Made by a program: the position numbers and the translations under genes. A DNA stretch of 29,437 nucleotides from Chloroflexota bacterium (GTDB lineage: Bacteria; Chloroflexota; Dehalococcoidia; UBA2979), in assembly GCA_009843585.1 (NCBI GenBank), contig VYDC01000247.1:1-29437 (forward strand). The letters are read 5' to 3'. The stretch's first letter is position 1. The number at the start of each line of letters is the position of its first letter. Of the stretch, positions 11,824-19,947 are shown piece by piece. Under the pieces are notes generated by a model that was not told the origin of the DNA, searched no databases, and worked only from the letters and a program-made list of their open reading frames with translations.

Positions 11824-12540
11824 CTACTCGACACCGGCCGGCTCCGGCTCCGCCTCGGGCTCGGACTCGGACGCGGACTCCGCCCGGGGGTCGGCGGGAT
11901 CCGTCGTGCCATCGTCATCCGGCGCCTCGCCGTCCGCAGCGGCGGTCGCCTCCGCCGCCGGTTGGCCTGCGTCCTCCGCATGGGGATCGGAGACGGCGGC
12001 CGGTTCGGCAGCGTCCGGCGTCTCGCCGTCCGCGGCGGCGGTCGCCTCCCCCTCCAGCGCGGCCGCGTCCTCCGCCCGGGGGTCGGAGGGGGCCGTCGTG
12101 TCGCCGTCGTCCGGCGCCTCGTCGCTCGCGGCGGGGGCCTCCTCCGCCCCCGGCGCGGCCGCGTCCTCCGGCTGGAGGGGCTGCGGCCTGACGGCGGCGG
12201 TCTGCCGCCCCGCCGCCATCACGCGCGCCGACTGCGCCTCCGGCTTCCCGCCCTCGACGATGCCGCGGATCATCAGGTGCCGGAGCACGCTCTCGGAGAG
12301 GGACAACTCGGACTCGATGCGTCGCGTCGCCTGAGGCTCGAGGCGAAACGTGCTGTAGACGTAGGTGCCCTCGAACTGGTGCTTGATGGGGTAGGCGAGG
12401 CGCCTGCGACCCCAGACGTCGGTGGAGAGAAGCTCGCCGCCGCCGTCGCGGATGAGGCCGTCGACCCACGCCGTGGCCCGCTCCGCCTCCTCCGAGGAGA
12501 GGCGCGGGCTCACGATGTACACCATCTCGTAGTCGTTCAC
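11824..12540 (-). CDS. rpsF: 30S ribosomal protein S6 with long acidic repeat tail (238 aa)
   Basis: MNDYEMVYIV, WGRRRLAYPIK, E.VLRHLMIR, followed by a ~140-aa Ala/Asp/Glu/Pro-rich tail. Confidence 0.96.
   Translation of the reverse strand: MNDYEMVYIVSPRLSSEEAERATAWVDGLIRDGGGELLSTDVWGRRRLAYPIKHQFEGTYVYSTFRLEPQATRRIESELSLSESVLRHLMIRGIVEGGKPEAQSARVMAAGRQTAAVRPQPLQPEDAAAPGAEEAPAASDEAPDDGDTTAPSDPRAEDAAALEGEATAAADGETPDAAEPAAVSDPHAEDAGQPAAEATAAADGEAPDDDGTTDPADPRAESASESEPEAEPEPAGVE
11881..12168 (-). repeat. Three in-frame 96-bp (32-aa) degenerate tandem repeats in the rpsF tail
   Basis: Units at 12168-12073, 12072-11977 and 11976-11881: EDAAAPGAEEAPAASDEAPDDGDTTAPSDPRA / EDAAALEGEATAAADGETPDAAEPAAVSDPHA / EDAGQPAAEATAAADGEAPDDDGTTDPADPRA. 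Confidence 0.9.
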
Positions 12541-12660
12541 CGGGACTCCCTACACGCGGAGCGGGCACAGCAGGCACGCCCCGCAGCGTACCCGCCCAAC
12601 ACAACGCTGCCCGGCGCCGCGTCGCAGCAGCCGGGCAGGCGCACGGAGCGAGAGACGCCC
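12541..12660 (-). ncRNA. Candidate S6:S18 autoregulatory leader
   Basis: CUCUC (12654-12650) can pair with the GGGAG SD; an adjacent loop holds CCG (CCR motif); GUGCGC/GCGUGU stem plus a 9-bp and a 10-bp internal stem. Folded by eye only. Confidence 0.45.
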
Positions 12661-12672
12661 GCCGCGACAGTC

Positions 12673-12702
12673 AGTCTAGGACCGGCATTTCTCCCCGGTC
12701 AA
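12673..12702 (-). promoter_or_regulatory. Sigma70-type promoter for rpsF-ssb-rpsR
   Basis: TTGACC (12702-12697), 18-bp spacer, TAGACT (12678-12673). Confidence 0.75.
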
Positions 12703-12712
12703 CGGCGACCAG

Positions 12713-12739
12713 CCGCCGCATCGGCGCACGATGCGGCGG
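12713..12739 (-). terminator. Perfect 11-bp GC hairpin after the acyl-CoA dehydrogenase gene
   Basis: CCGCCGCATCG-N5-CGATGCGGCGG, 40 nt after the stop and just before the rpsF -35. No U-tract, so terminator function is uncertain. Confidence 0.5.
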
Positions 12740-12779
12740 GACGAGGCGCGGAGCGGGTGGCGACGCGGCCGGCGCGCTC

Positions 12780-14006
12780 CTACCCGCGCGGGAGGCCGAG
12801 ACCCCTGGTCGCTATCACGTTGCGCTGGATCTCGGAGCTGCCGGCGGCGATGGTGCCGGGGACCGAGCGCACGTAGCTGCGGGTGAACGAGGCCTCCATC
12901 GGGGCCAGCCCATCCTCGTGGTCCCAGAGGTTCGCGTAGAGCCCGAACGCCTTCATGCCGGTGCGGGCCATGCGCTGCCCCGCCTCCGAGCCGAACATCT
13001 TCGCGACCGAGGCCTCGTAGTTCGGCACCTGGTTCGCGGCCTGGATGGTGATGATGCGGAGCGAGAAGTTCATCATCACGCCCGCCTCGACGAAGCGCTC
13101 CGCGATCTCCTGGCGGAGGGCGTCGTAGCGGTCGACGCGCGACCGACCCGCTCCCGTGCCGCGAACGTCGCCGATGAGACGACGGATCTGGCGCTCCATC
13201 ATGATCGCCCCGGTGACGTTCGAGCGCTCGTTGTCGAGCAGGGTCATCGCGACGTACCAGCCGCGGTTCTCCTCGCCCACCATCTGGTCGACCGGCACGC
13301 GCACGTCCTCATAGAAGGTCTCGTTCACCTCATGGCCCCAGGCCATGTCGATGATCGGGCGGACCGAGACGCCGGGTGAGCGTATGTCGAGCAGGAGGAA
13401 CGAGATGCCCCGGTGCTTCGGAGCCTCCGGGTCGGTGCGGGTGAGCAGGAGCACCCAGTCCGCGTAGTGGGCGTGGCTGGTCCAGATCTTCTGGCCGTTC
13501 ACCACGTACTCGTCGCCGTCGCGCACCGCCCGCGTCTGCAGCGAGGCGAGGTCGGAACCGGCCGCCGGCTCGGAGAACCCCTGCGACCAGACGACCTCCC
13601 CCCTCAGGATCGGGGGCAGGAAGCGCTCCTTCTGCTCGTCCGTGCCGTGGACGATCAGCGCCGGCCCGAGCATGCCGATGCCCACGTTGGAGCCGGGCGC
13701 CGGGACGTTCGCCGTCGCCAGCTCCGCGTTGTAGATGTACTGCTCCATCGGCGTGAAGCCCCCGCCGCCGTACTCTTTCGGCCAGTGCGGCGCGATCCAC
13801 CCCTTGTCGGAGATCGCCTCGAACCACTCCCGTGCGGACTGCTCGCGCTCCGGCTCGCCAGAGGCGCGGTCCTGCGCCCACGGGTAGCCCATCTCGCGGT
13901 GGTTGCGCTGCGCCATCGCCCGGTAGCGAGCAGGCACCTTCTCCTCGATGAGCCCACGTACCTCGCTGCGAAACGCCGCCTGATCCTGAGTGTCGTCCCA
14001 GTCCAT
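12780..14006 (-). CDS. Acyl-CoA dehydrogenase family protein (408 aa)
   Basis: WSQGFSEPAAGSDLASL.TRA, NGQKIWTS, GEENRGW, TIAAGSSEIQRNVIA..LGLPR. ATG 14006 with GGAGG RBS. Confidence 0.95.
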   Translation of the reverse strand: MDWDDTQDQAAFRSEVRGLIEEKVPARYRAMAQRNHREMGYPWAQDRASGEPEREQSAREWFEAISDKGWIAPHWPKEYGGGGFTPMEQYIYNAELATANVPAPGSNVGIGMLGPALIVHGTDEQKERFLPPILRGEVVWSQGFSEPAAGSDLASLQTRAVRDGDEYVVNGQKIWTSHAHYADWVLLLTRTDPEAPKHRGISFLLLDIRSPGVSVRPIIDMAWGHEVNETFYEDVRVPVDQMVGEENRGWYVAMTLLDNERSNVTGAIMMERQIRRLIGDVRGTGAGRSRVDRYDALRQEIAERFVEAGVMMNFSLRIITIQAANQVPNYEASVAKMFGSEAGQRMARTGMKAFGLYANLWDHEDGLAPMEASFTRSYVRSVPGTIAAGSSEIQRNVIATRGLGLPRG

Positions 14007-14146
14007 CCGAGTCCTCCGTGAGCGAGCCCGTGCGCGGATACGAGCGCTGGCTCCTGCGCTCCCCCACGCGGGGAGGCGACCCATCATGCCGCGCGAGCGC
14101 ACCGCGCCGCAAACGGCGGCGACCGGTGCCGTCCGGGACGGCGCCT

Positions 14147-15442
14147 CTACGGCGCGGGGAGCCCCGGCGCCGGGTGCCGCTGGCAAATCTCCGAGACCTC
14201 GCCGCGGACGCGCCCGGCGAGGGACTCGTCTGCGGGCGCCTCCAGCACCGACGCGATCAGCTCGCCGACGCGGCTCATCTCCTGTGGTCCGAGGCCGCGC
14301 GAGGTGAGCGCCGGCGTGCCGATCCGCAGGCCCGAGGTGACCGCGGGGGGGAGAGGGTCGTAGGGGATCGCGTTCTTGTTGACGATGATGCCGCAGCGGT
14401 CGAGCGCGCTCTCCGCCTCCTGGCCGGTCAGCCCCTTGGGGCGCACGTCGACCAGGATGAGGTGGTTGTCGGTGCCGCCCGAGACGAGGCGCAGCCCCGC
14501 CTCCGAGAGCGTCTCCGCCAGCGCGCGGGCGTTCTCCACGGTCTGGTGCTGGTAGGCGGCGAACTGCGGCGTCGCCGCCTCTCCGAGCGCGACCGCCTTC
14601 CCGGCCACGACGTGCATCAGCGGGCCGCCCTGGTGCCCGGGGAAGACGCCGCGGTCGACGCGCCGCCGCAGCTCCCGCTCGCAGAGGATGAGCCCGCCGC
14701 GGGGGCCACGGAGCGTCTTGTGCGTGGAGCTCGTGAGCACCTGCGCGTGACCTGCCGGCGAGGGATGTGCACCCGCGGCGACGAGACCGGCGATGTGCGC
14801 CATGTCGGCCATGAGGACGGCGCCGACCTCGTCGGCGATCTCCCGTGCGCGCGCGAAGTCGATGATGCGCGGGTAGGCCGTCGCGCCCACCACCACGATC
14901 TTCGGGCGCAGCTCCTGGGCCGCGTGTCGCATCGCCTCGTAGTCGATGGTCTCGCTCTCGCGGTCGACGCCGTAGGAGCCGAAGCGATAGAGCTTGCCCG
15001 AGGCGTTGACATGGTGGCCGTGCGTGAGGTGGCCGCCCTGATCGAGCGCCATCCCGAGCACCGGGTCGCCGGGGTCGAGCAGGCCCTCGTAGACGGCGAG
15101 GTTCGCCTGCGCGCCCGAGTGCGGCTGCACGTTCGCGTGCTCCATGGAGAAGAGCGCCTGCGCTCGGTCGCGCGCGAGCGTCTCCACCTCGTCGATGAAC
15201 TGGCAGCCGCCGTAGTAGCGGCGTCCCGGGTAGCCCTCCGCGTACTTGTTGGTGAGAACGCTCCCGACCGCCTCCAGCACGGCCCTCGAGGTGAAGTTCT
15301 CCGACGCGATCATCTCGAGCGTCGTCCGCTGTCGCTCCTCTTCGCGGGAGATCGCCTGAGCCACCGCCGGGTCGGCGTCGACGAGCGCGGGCTCGCGTGG
15401 AGTGGCTCCGCCCCGGACCTGCTGACTGGACGTGGCTGTCAT
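14147..15442 (-). CDS. glyA: Serine hydroxymethyltransferase
   Basis: [69 protein letters not shown]. Confidence 0.98.
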   Translation of the reverse strand: MTATSSQQVRGGATPREPALVDADPAVAQAISREEERQRTTLEMIASENFTSRAVLEAVGSVLTNKYAEGYPGRRYYGGCQFIDEVETLARDRAQALFSMEHANVQPHSGAQANLAVYEGLLDPGDPVLGMALDQGGHLTHGHHVNASGKLYRFGSYGVDRESETIDYEAMRHAAQELRPKIVVVGATAYPRIIDFARAREIADEVGAVLMADMAHIAGLVAAGAHPSPAGHAQVLTSSTHKTLRGPRGGLILCERELRRRVDRGVFPGHQGGPLMHVVAGKAVALGEAATPQFAAYQHQTVENARALAETLSEAGLRLVSGGTDNHLILVDVRPKGLTGQEAESALDRCGIIVNKNAIPYDPLPPAVTSGLRIGTPALTSRGLGPQEMSRVGELIASVLEAPADESLAGRVRGEVSEICQRHPAPGLPAP

Positions 15443-15456
15443 GAGATCACCCTTAT

Positions 15457-15587
15457 CCCCGGCCTCGTCGGCGGCTCGGTCGAGCCCCGGCGCCCCTTTT
15501 CACACGGTACCGCAGCGCGGCGTCGCGGTCGCGCTCAGGGGCGGCCGTGAGGGGCGCCGTGATGAGTCCCCGGCGGCGGCCGCGGGG
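15457..15587. ncRNA. Putative structured RNA (long irregular hairpin) between divergent glyA and moaDE
   Basis: Nested perfect stems GGCGCCCCT/AGGGGCGCC, CACGG/CCGTG, CCGC/GCGG, AGCGCG/CGCGCT (15489-15558), a side hairpin GGCTC/GAGCC, and outer CCCC-GGCC/GGCC-GC-GGGG pairing. Confidence 0.45.
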
Positions 15588-15621
15588 CCGGAGAGCGCGC
15601 GGCCCCGCGCCCCCGCGCTCC

Positions 15622-15627
15622 TATACT
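15622..15627 (+). promoter_or_regulatory. -10 hexamer for moaD-moaE
   Basis: TATACT 25 nt upstream of the TTG start; no clear -35. Confidence 0.5.
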
Positions 15628-15651
15628 GGAGGCGGTGCCGGGAGGGACGAG

Positions 15652-16353
15652 TTGCAGGTCACGATCCGTCTCTTCGCAGCGCTGCGCGAGCTGGCGGGGG
15701 CCGAGCTGGTCGAGGCCTTCGAGGGGCCGACCGTTCCGCTCGACGAGCTGCGCGCCCGCCTGGCGGAGCGCCACCCCGCGCTCGCGCCGCATCTGGACGG
15801 GGTCGCGGTCGCGGTCAACGAGGAATATGCGCGAGGCGGAACGACCCTCCTCCACGACGGCGACCGCGTCGCCCTGATCCCGCCGGTCGCCGGCGGCGGT
15901 GCGGAGACGGCACCGCCCCGGGTGCTGGTCACGCCCGAGCCCCTCGACACCCTCTCGCTCCGAGACCTCGTCCGGAGCGACGCCTCCGGGGCGGTGGTGA
16001 TCTTCGAGGGGATCGTCCGCGACCACCACGAAGGGCGTGCCGTCGAGCGGCTGGAGTACGAGGCATACCGGGAGATGGCCGAGCGTGAGATCGCCCGCGT
16101 CGTTGCGGAGGTGCGCAGCGAGGCGGAGACGGCCGGCAGTCCCCTGCACGGCGTCGCCGTGCATCACCGGGTCGGCATGCTGCAGGTCGGCGAGATCGCG
16201 ATCGTGGCGGCGGTCTCGGCGGTGCACCGCGAGGAAGCGTTCCGAGCGGCCTCCCACCTCGTCGACCGCGTCAAGGAGAGCGCGCCCATCTGGAAGCGGG
16301 AGTGGGGCCCCGGGGGGGCCAGCTGGCAGGAGGGCACAGCCGTCCGCCCGTAG
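15652..16353 (+). CDS. moaE: Molybdopterin synthase MoaD-MoaE fusion (233 aa)
   Basis: N-terminal ubiquitin-like MoaD (V.IRLFAALRE..AVNEEY..GDRVALIPPVAGG), then MoaE (GAVVIFEGIVRD, LEYEAY, HRVG.L..GE, HREEAF, K..APIWKRE). TTG start with GGAGG RBS. Confidence 0.93.
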   Translation: MQVTIRLFAALRELAGAELVEAFEGPTVPLDELRARLAERHPALAPHLDGVAVAVNEEYARGGTTLLHDGDRVALIPPVAGGGAETAPPRVLVTPEPLDTLSLRDLVRSDASGAVVIFEGIVRDHHEGRAVERLEYEAYREMAEREIARVVAEVRSEAETAGSPLHGVAVHHRVGMLQVGEIAIVAAVSAVHREEAFRAASHLVDRVKESAPIWKREWGPGGASWQEGTAVRP

Positions 16354-16368
16354 GCGCGTCTCCCTCGC

Positions 16369-17808
16369 TCAGCCGATGCCGTCCGCCACGCGATAGTCGG
16401 GGGCCAGGATCTCGTAGTTGGTGGCGACCTTCAGATCCGACAGCCGGGAGAGGATGCGCGGCTCCAGGTCCCCGCCCTCGCGCGCGGCCCCTGTGCGCGG
16501 GGCCGTGCGGCGGCCCCGGCTGCGGCGCGGCTCGGCGGAGGGCTCGGAGGGGGCGGGCTCGCTGTTGCGGGTGACGACCGTCGCCATGCGGCCGAGGTAG
16601 CGGTGGTTCAAGAGCTGGTAGAGCTTCTCCTCTGCCCACGGGCTTGAGTGGTGCGCGCCCAGGTCGTCGAGCACCAGCAGCGTCACGTCCTGGAGGCGGC
16701 GGAAGATCTGGGCGGAGCTCTCGCCGGCCTCGGGCGCGTAGCCCGCGCGCAGCTCGTCGAGCAGGTCGGGCACGGTCGCGAAGCAGACGCTGTCGCCCGC
16801 GGCGATGCGGTCGTTGGCGATCGCCGCGGCGAGGTGGGTCTTGCCGCATCCGGGCCCGCCCTGCAGCACCAGCCAGCCCTCGGGTCGCTCGGCCCACTGG
16901 CGCGCGAGCCGGAAGGCCCCCTCGAGGTTGCTGCGTTGCTGGCCCCGGAGACCGTGACCCCCCGGCCGGAAACTCTCGAAGGTCATGGGGGCGAGGCGGT
17001 CGGCCGACATCCCGCCCACCGCGACGTAGCGCGGGAGCGCGGACTGCTCGAGGTCGAGCACCTGCGCGTGCTGGGGGTCGGTGAGGCGCGCCCCGATGCG
17101 GGGGTCGATCTCGGCGGGCGGGCCGACGCAGGTGAAGATCGTCGGCGCGAGCGCGTTGAAGCGGTGCGCGACCACCTGGAAGAACTTCTCGCGGGCCCAG
17201 GGCGTGCCGGCGTAGGAGTCGAGATCGTCGAGCACGAGCAGCGGGGCGCCCTGCACCTCGGCGAGGAGAGCGTCGTAGCCCAGCTCCGCATCGTCAGCGT
17301 AGGCGGCTCGCAGCCGGTCAAGCAGGTCGGCGACGGTGAGGAAGAGCGCGGGGCGCCCCTCCTCGATGGCGTGCATGGCGATCGCGGCGGCGAGATGCGT
17401 CTTGCCGCAGCCCGGCGCGCCCGTGAGCACCAGCCAGCCCTCCGGGCGCTCCGCGTAGCGTCTCGCCGCCTCGACCGCCGCCCGGTAGCGTTCACGCGCC
17501 ACCGGATCCGAGGCGCGGCCACCCTCAAGCAGCGTGCCGAAGGTGAAGCGGGCGAGAGAGCCGAGCCGCGAGTACCGCAGGAGCCGCTCCCGCCGGGCGC
17601 GCTCGTCCTCGCGCGCGGTGCACGGGCAGGGCTGCGCGCGCCCGAAGGCGGGGTGTGCGGGATCGGCGGTCACCCGCACGAAGCGCGCGCCGTCGCAGAG
17701 CGCGCAGACCGGAGTGCCGGTGTTGCCCTCCGGGTCGGCGTCAGGGCCAGGAGCGGCGGACGACTCGCCGGTACGGGTCGCCCCCAGGATCTCGCTCAGC
17801 GCCCGCAT
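16369..17808 (-). CDS. DnaC/DnaI/IstB-like ATPase with N-terminal Cys motif and two tandem AAA+ domains; probable helicase loader
   Basis: CALC..CPC; Walker A GAPGCGKT (17421-17398) and GGPGCGKT (16860-16837); Walker B LLVLDDL twice; RIGARL/RILSRL. AGGAGG RBS. Downstream of dnaB and the DnaD-like gene. Confidence 0.88.
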   Translation of the reverse strand: MRALSEILGATRTGESSAAPGPDADPEGNTGTPVCALCDGARFVRVTADPAHPAFGRAQPCPCTAREDERARRERLLRYSRLGSLARFTFGTLLEGGRASDPVARERYRAAVEAARRYAERPEGWLVLTGAPGCGKTHLAAAIAMHAIEEGRPALFLTVADLLDRLRAAYADDAELGYDALLAEVQGAPLLVLDDLDSYAGTPWAREKFFQVVAHRFNALAPTIFTCVGPPAEIDPRIGARLTDPQHAQVLDLEQSALPRYVAVGGMSADRLAPMTFESFRPGGHGLRGQQRSNLEGAFRLARQWAERPEGWLVLQGGPGCGKTHLAAAIANDRIAAGDSVCFATVPDLLDELRAGYAPEAGESSAQIFRRLQDVTLLVLDDLGAHHSSPWAEEKLYQLLNHRYLGRMATVVTRNSEPAPSEPSAEPRRSRGRRTAPRTGAAREGGDLEPRILSRLSDLKVATNYEILAPDYRVADGIG

Positions 17809-18511
17809 CGGTCCCCTCCTCTCCGCGCCCCTCGACCTCCCAGCGCCTCAGCACCGCCTCCGCGTACGCCCACGAGCGCGCGTTGTGGAGCGCCGCCAGG
17901 CGAAGGGCGTCCTCGATCCAGCCTTCCGGGTAGCGAGCCTCGGCCTCGGCCAGCGCCGCCGCCACCGCCGGGGTGATGAGCCCGATCTCGGGCTCGTAGA
18001 CCGCAACCGCGCCTGCGGGATCCGCCGGGTGCTCCGGGCCGGCGGCGACCCCGGCTCCGGCGCGCCATCCGCTCGGAGCGGGCGGGGGGGTGAGCGCGCC
18101 CGCGAGCAGGCGATCGCGCTGCCTGCGCCCGGCCGGCGAGTTCATCAGGTAAAGCAAGTCGCCGTCCGGGAGCTCCACGGCAAGCATCGAGCCGCGGTCG
18201 GCAACCCGCGAGAGCGCGGCGCCGGCGGCGCTCTCGGCCTCGCCGGGCGCGAGACGCTCGAACTGCCGGAGAAGCGGTCGCTCCCGGAGCAGCTGCGACC
18301 GCCTCACGCCGAGCACGGGTCCCGGCCGCACGGCTGCGGCCAGCGCGTAGAGCGTCGCGCGCAGCTCGCCCTCCTCCTCGATCCGGGGCAGGAGCGCAAC
18401 GAAGAGCTCGCGCGGCAGCGCCACCGCCGGCGCCCCGGCCTGGAAGCCCGGGAAGCGCGGCGTCGGCGGCGCGGCGCCCGGGGCGGCCGAGCGCGCGCGG
18501 CGCGCGTTCAC
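17741..18511 (-). CDS. DnaD-domain (DnaB_2) replication protein (256 aa)
   Basis: N-terminal FPGF..LPRELF..LLPRI...ELRATLY; C-terminal YEPEIGLITP..YPEGWIEDALRLA...NARSWAYAEAVLRRW. GTG 18511 overlaps the dnaB TGA. The 3' end overlaps the next gene by 68 bp. Confidence 0.82.
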   Translation of the reverse strand: MNARRARSAAPGAAPPTPRFPGFQAGAPAVALPRELFVALLPRIEEEGELRATLYALAAAVRPGPVLGVRRSQLLRERPLLRQFERLAPGEAESAAGAALSRVADRGSMLAVELPDGDLLYLMNSPAGRRQRDRLLAGALTPPPAPSGWRAGAGVAAGPEHPADPAGAVAVYEPEIGLITPAVAAALAEAEARYPEGWIEDALRLAALHNARSWAYAEAVLRRWEVEGRGEEGTDAGAERDPGGDPYRRVVRRSWP

Positions 18512-19944
18512 CACCCGTCGCCGCCGGAGGTCGGCTCCTCCGCCCGCAGCAGCAGGTCCTGGAAGGAGGCAGTGCTGCTGACGAAGCGCACCGACACCGA
18601 CCCCGTCGGCCCGTTGCGATGCTTCGCCACGATGACCTGGGCGATGCCCGTGGGGTGCTGGCTCCCGGGGGCCTCCGGGTGCTGGCGCTGCCACTCCTCG
18701 GGCTTGAGGTAGACGTCCTCGCGGTAGATGAACATCACGACGTCCGCGTCCTGCTCGATGGAGCCCGACTCACGGAGGTCGGAGAGCATCGGGATGTGCG
18801 GGGTGCGCTGCTCGACCGCGCGCGAGAGCTGCGCCGCCGCGATCACCGGCACCTGCAGCTCGCGCGCCATCTCCTTGAGCGACCGGGAGATCTGGCTGAT
18901 CTCGCCGGCTCGCGTGTCGGCGCGGCCGCTGCCGTGCAGCAGCTGCAGGTAGTCGACGACGATGAGGTCGAGCCCGACGTCGGCCTGCAGCCGCCGTGCC
19001 TTCGCGCGGATCCCGGGGACGGAGAGGACCGGCGAGTCGTCGATGTAGACGGCGGCGCCGCCGAGCACGCCGATGGCGTGCATGATCTGCCCCTCCTCGC
19101 GCTTCGTGTGCGTGCCGAGCCGGAGCCGGCTGGACGTCACGTCGGCCTCGGCGGAGAGCAGCCGCGCCGCGAGCTGCTCTCCGGACATCTCGAGCGAGAA
19201 GAGCGCCACCGTCGCGTGCTGCCCGACGGCGGCGTTGCGCGCGAAGTTCAGGAGGAGCGCCGACTTCCCCACGCCGGTCCGGGCGGCGAGGATGAGCAGG
19301 TCGCCGCGCTTGAAGCCGCCGAGCAGCCCGTCGAGATCCATGAAGCCGGAGCGCACGCCCTCGACGAGCTGGCCCTCAACCTCCTCGCCGGGGTCCTCCA
19401 GGAAGTGCTCGATCAGCTCACGCAGGCGGTGAAAGTCGCCCGCTGCCTCCGCCGACCGCACCCCGAGCAGGAGCGTCTCCGCCTCGGCCAGGACGCGGGA
19501 GACGTCGGGCCCCCCCTCGAAGGCCCGCTGTGCGATCTGCGAGGCGGCCTGGATCAGCCGGCGATAGAGCGCGTCGCGGGCGACGATGCGCGCGTGCGCC
19601 TCCACGCCGAGCGCCGTGAAGTGCTTCCCCTGAATCTCGGCGAGGTAGGGCTCGCCGCCCGCGGCGTCGAGGCGTCCGTCGCGCTCGAGCTCGTGCGCGA
19701 GCGTGGTTAGCGTGACGGGTTCGGAGCGCCCGCTGAGCGCCTGCGCCGCCTCGTAGCACCAGCGATTCTGCTCGCGGAAGAAGTCCTCCGGCTGCACGAT
19801 CGGGAGCACGCGGGCGAGGGCGCTGTCGTCCAGCAGGAGCGCCGCGATGACGGCCTCCTCGGCGTCGATGTCATGCGGCGGCAGCCCGCTTGAGCGGGCT
19901 TGTGCGTCCGGCCACAGAGCGGGCGGACGCCTCTCCGTGACCAC
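18508..19944 (-). CDS. dnaB: Replicative DNA helicase
   Basis: PPHDIDAEEAVI, SGFMDLD.LLGG, AARTGVGKS, FSLEMS, VDYLQL, AQLSRAVE, SDLRESGSIEQDAD, KHRNGPTG. No intein. Confidence 0.97.
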   Translation of the reverse strand: MVTERRPPALWPDAQARSSGLPPHDIDAEEAVIAALLLDDSALARVLPIVQPEDFFREQNRWCYEAAQALSGRSEPVTLTTLAHELERDGRLDAAGGEPYLAEIQGKHFTALGVEAHARIVARDALYRRLIQAASQIAQRAFEGGPDVSRVLAEAETLLLGVRSAEAAGDFHRLRELIEHFLEDPGEEVEGQLVEGVRSGFMDLDGLLGGFKRGDLLILAARTGVGKSALLLNFARNAAVGQHATVALFSLEMSGEQLAARLLSAEADVTSSRLRLGTHTKREEGQIMHAIGVLGGAAVYIDDSPVLSVPGIRAKARRLQADVGLDLIVVDYLQLLHGSGRADTRAGEISQISRSLKEMARELQVPVIAAAQLSRAVEQRTPHIPMLSDLRESGSIEQDADVVMFIYREDVYLKPEEWQRQHPEAPGSQHPTGIAQVIVAKHRNGPTGSVSVRFVSSTASFQDLLLRAEEPTSGGDGW

Positions 19945-19947
19945 GGG

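Noticed and set aside
11881-12168. CRISPR array or non-coding VNTR
   Set aside because: The repeats are degenerate, spacer-free and in frame within rpsF.
15457-15587. Glycine, ZTP or Moco riboswitch, or SRP RNA, in the glyA/moaDE spacer
   Set aside because: CTCAGG and GGAGAG occur in the wrong order and strand for a glyA glycine aptamer. No ZTP or Moco core and no SRP CAGG-GNRA-AGCAG loop were recognisable. Kept only as an unassigned structure.
16369-17808. IS21 element (IstB)
   Set aside because: No IstA DDE transposase or terminal repeats; the gene is coupled to dnaB and the DnaD-like gene.
16369-19944. Prophage replication module
   Set aside because: No integrase, structural or lysis genes; flanked by housekeeping genes with similar composition.
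18508-19944. Intein in DnaB
   Set aside because: Normal length (478 aa) with contiguous motifs.
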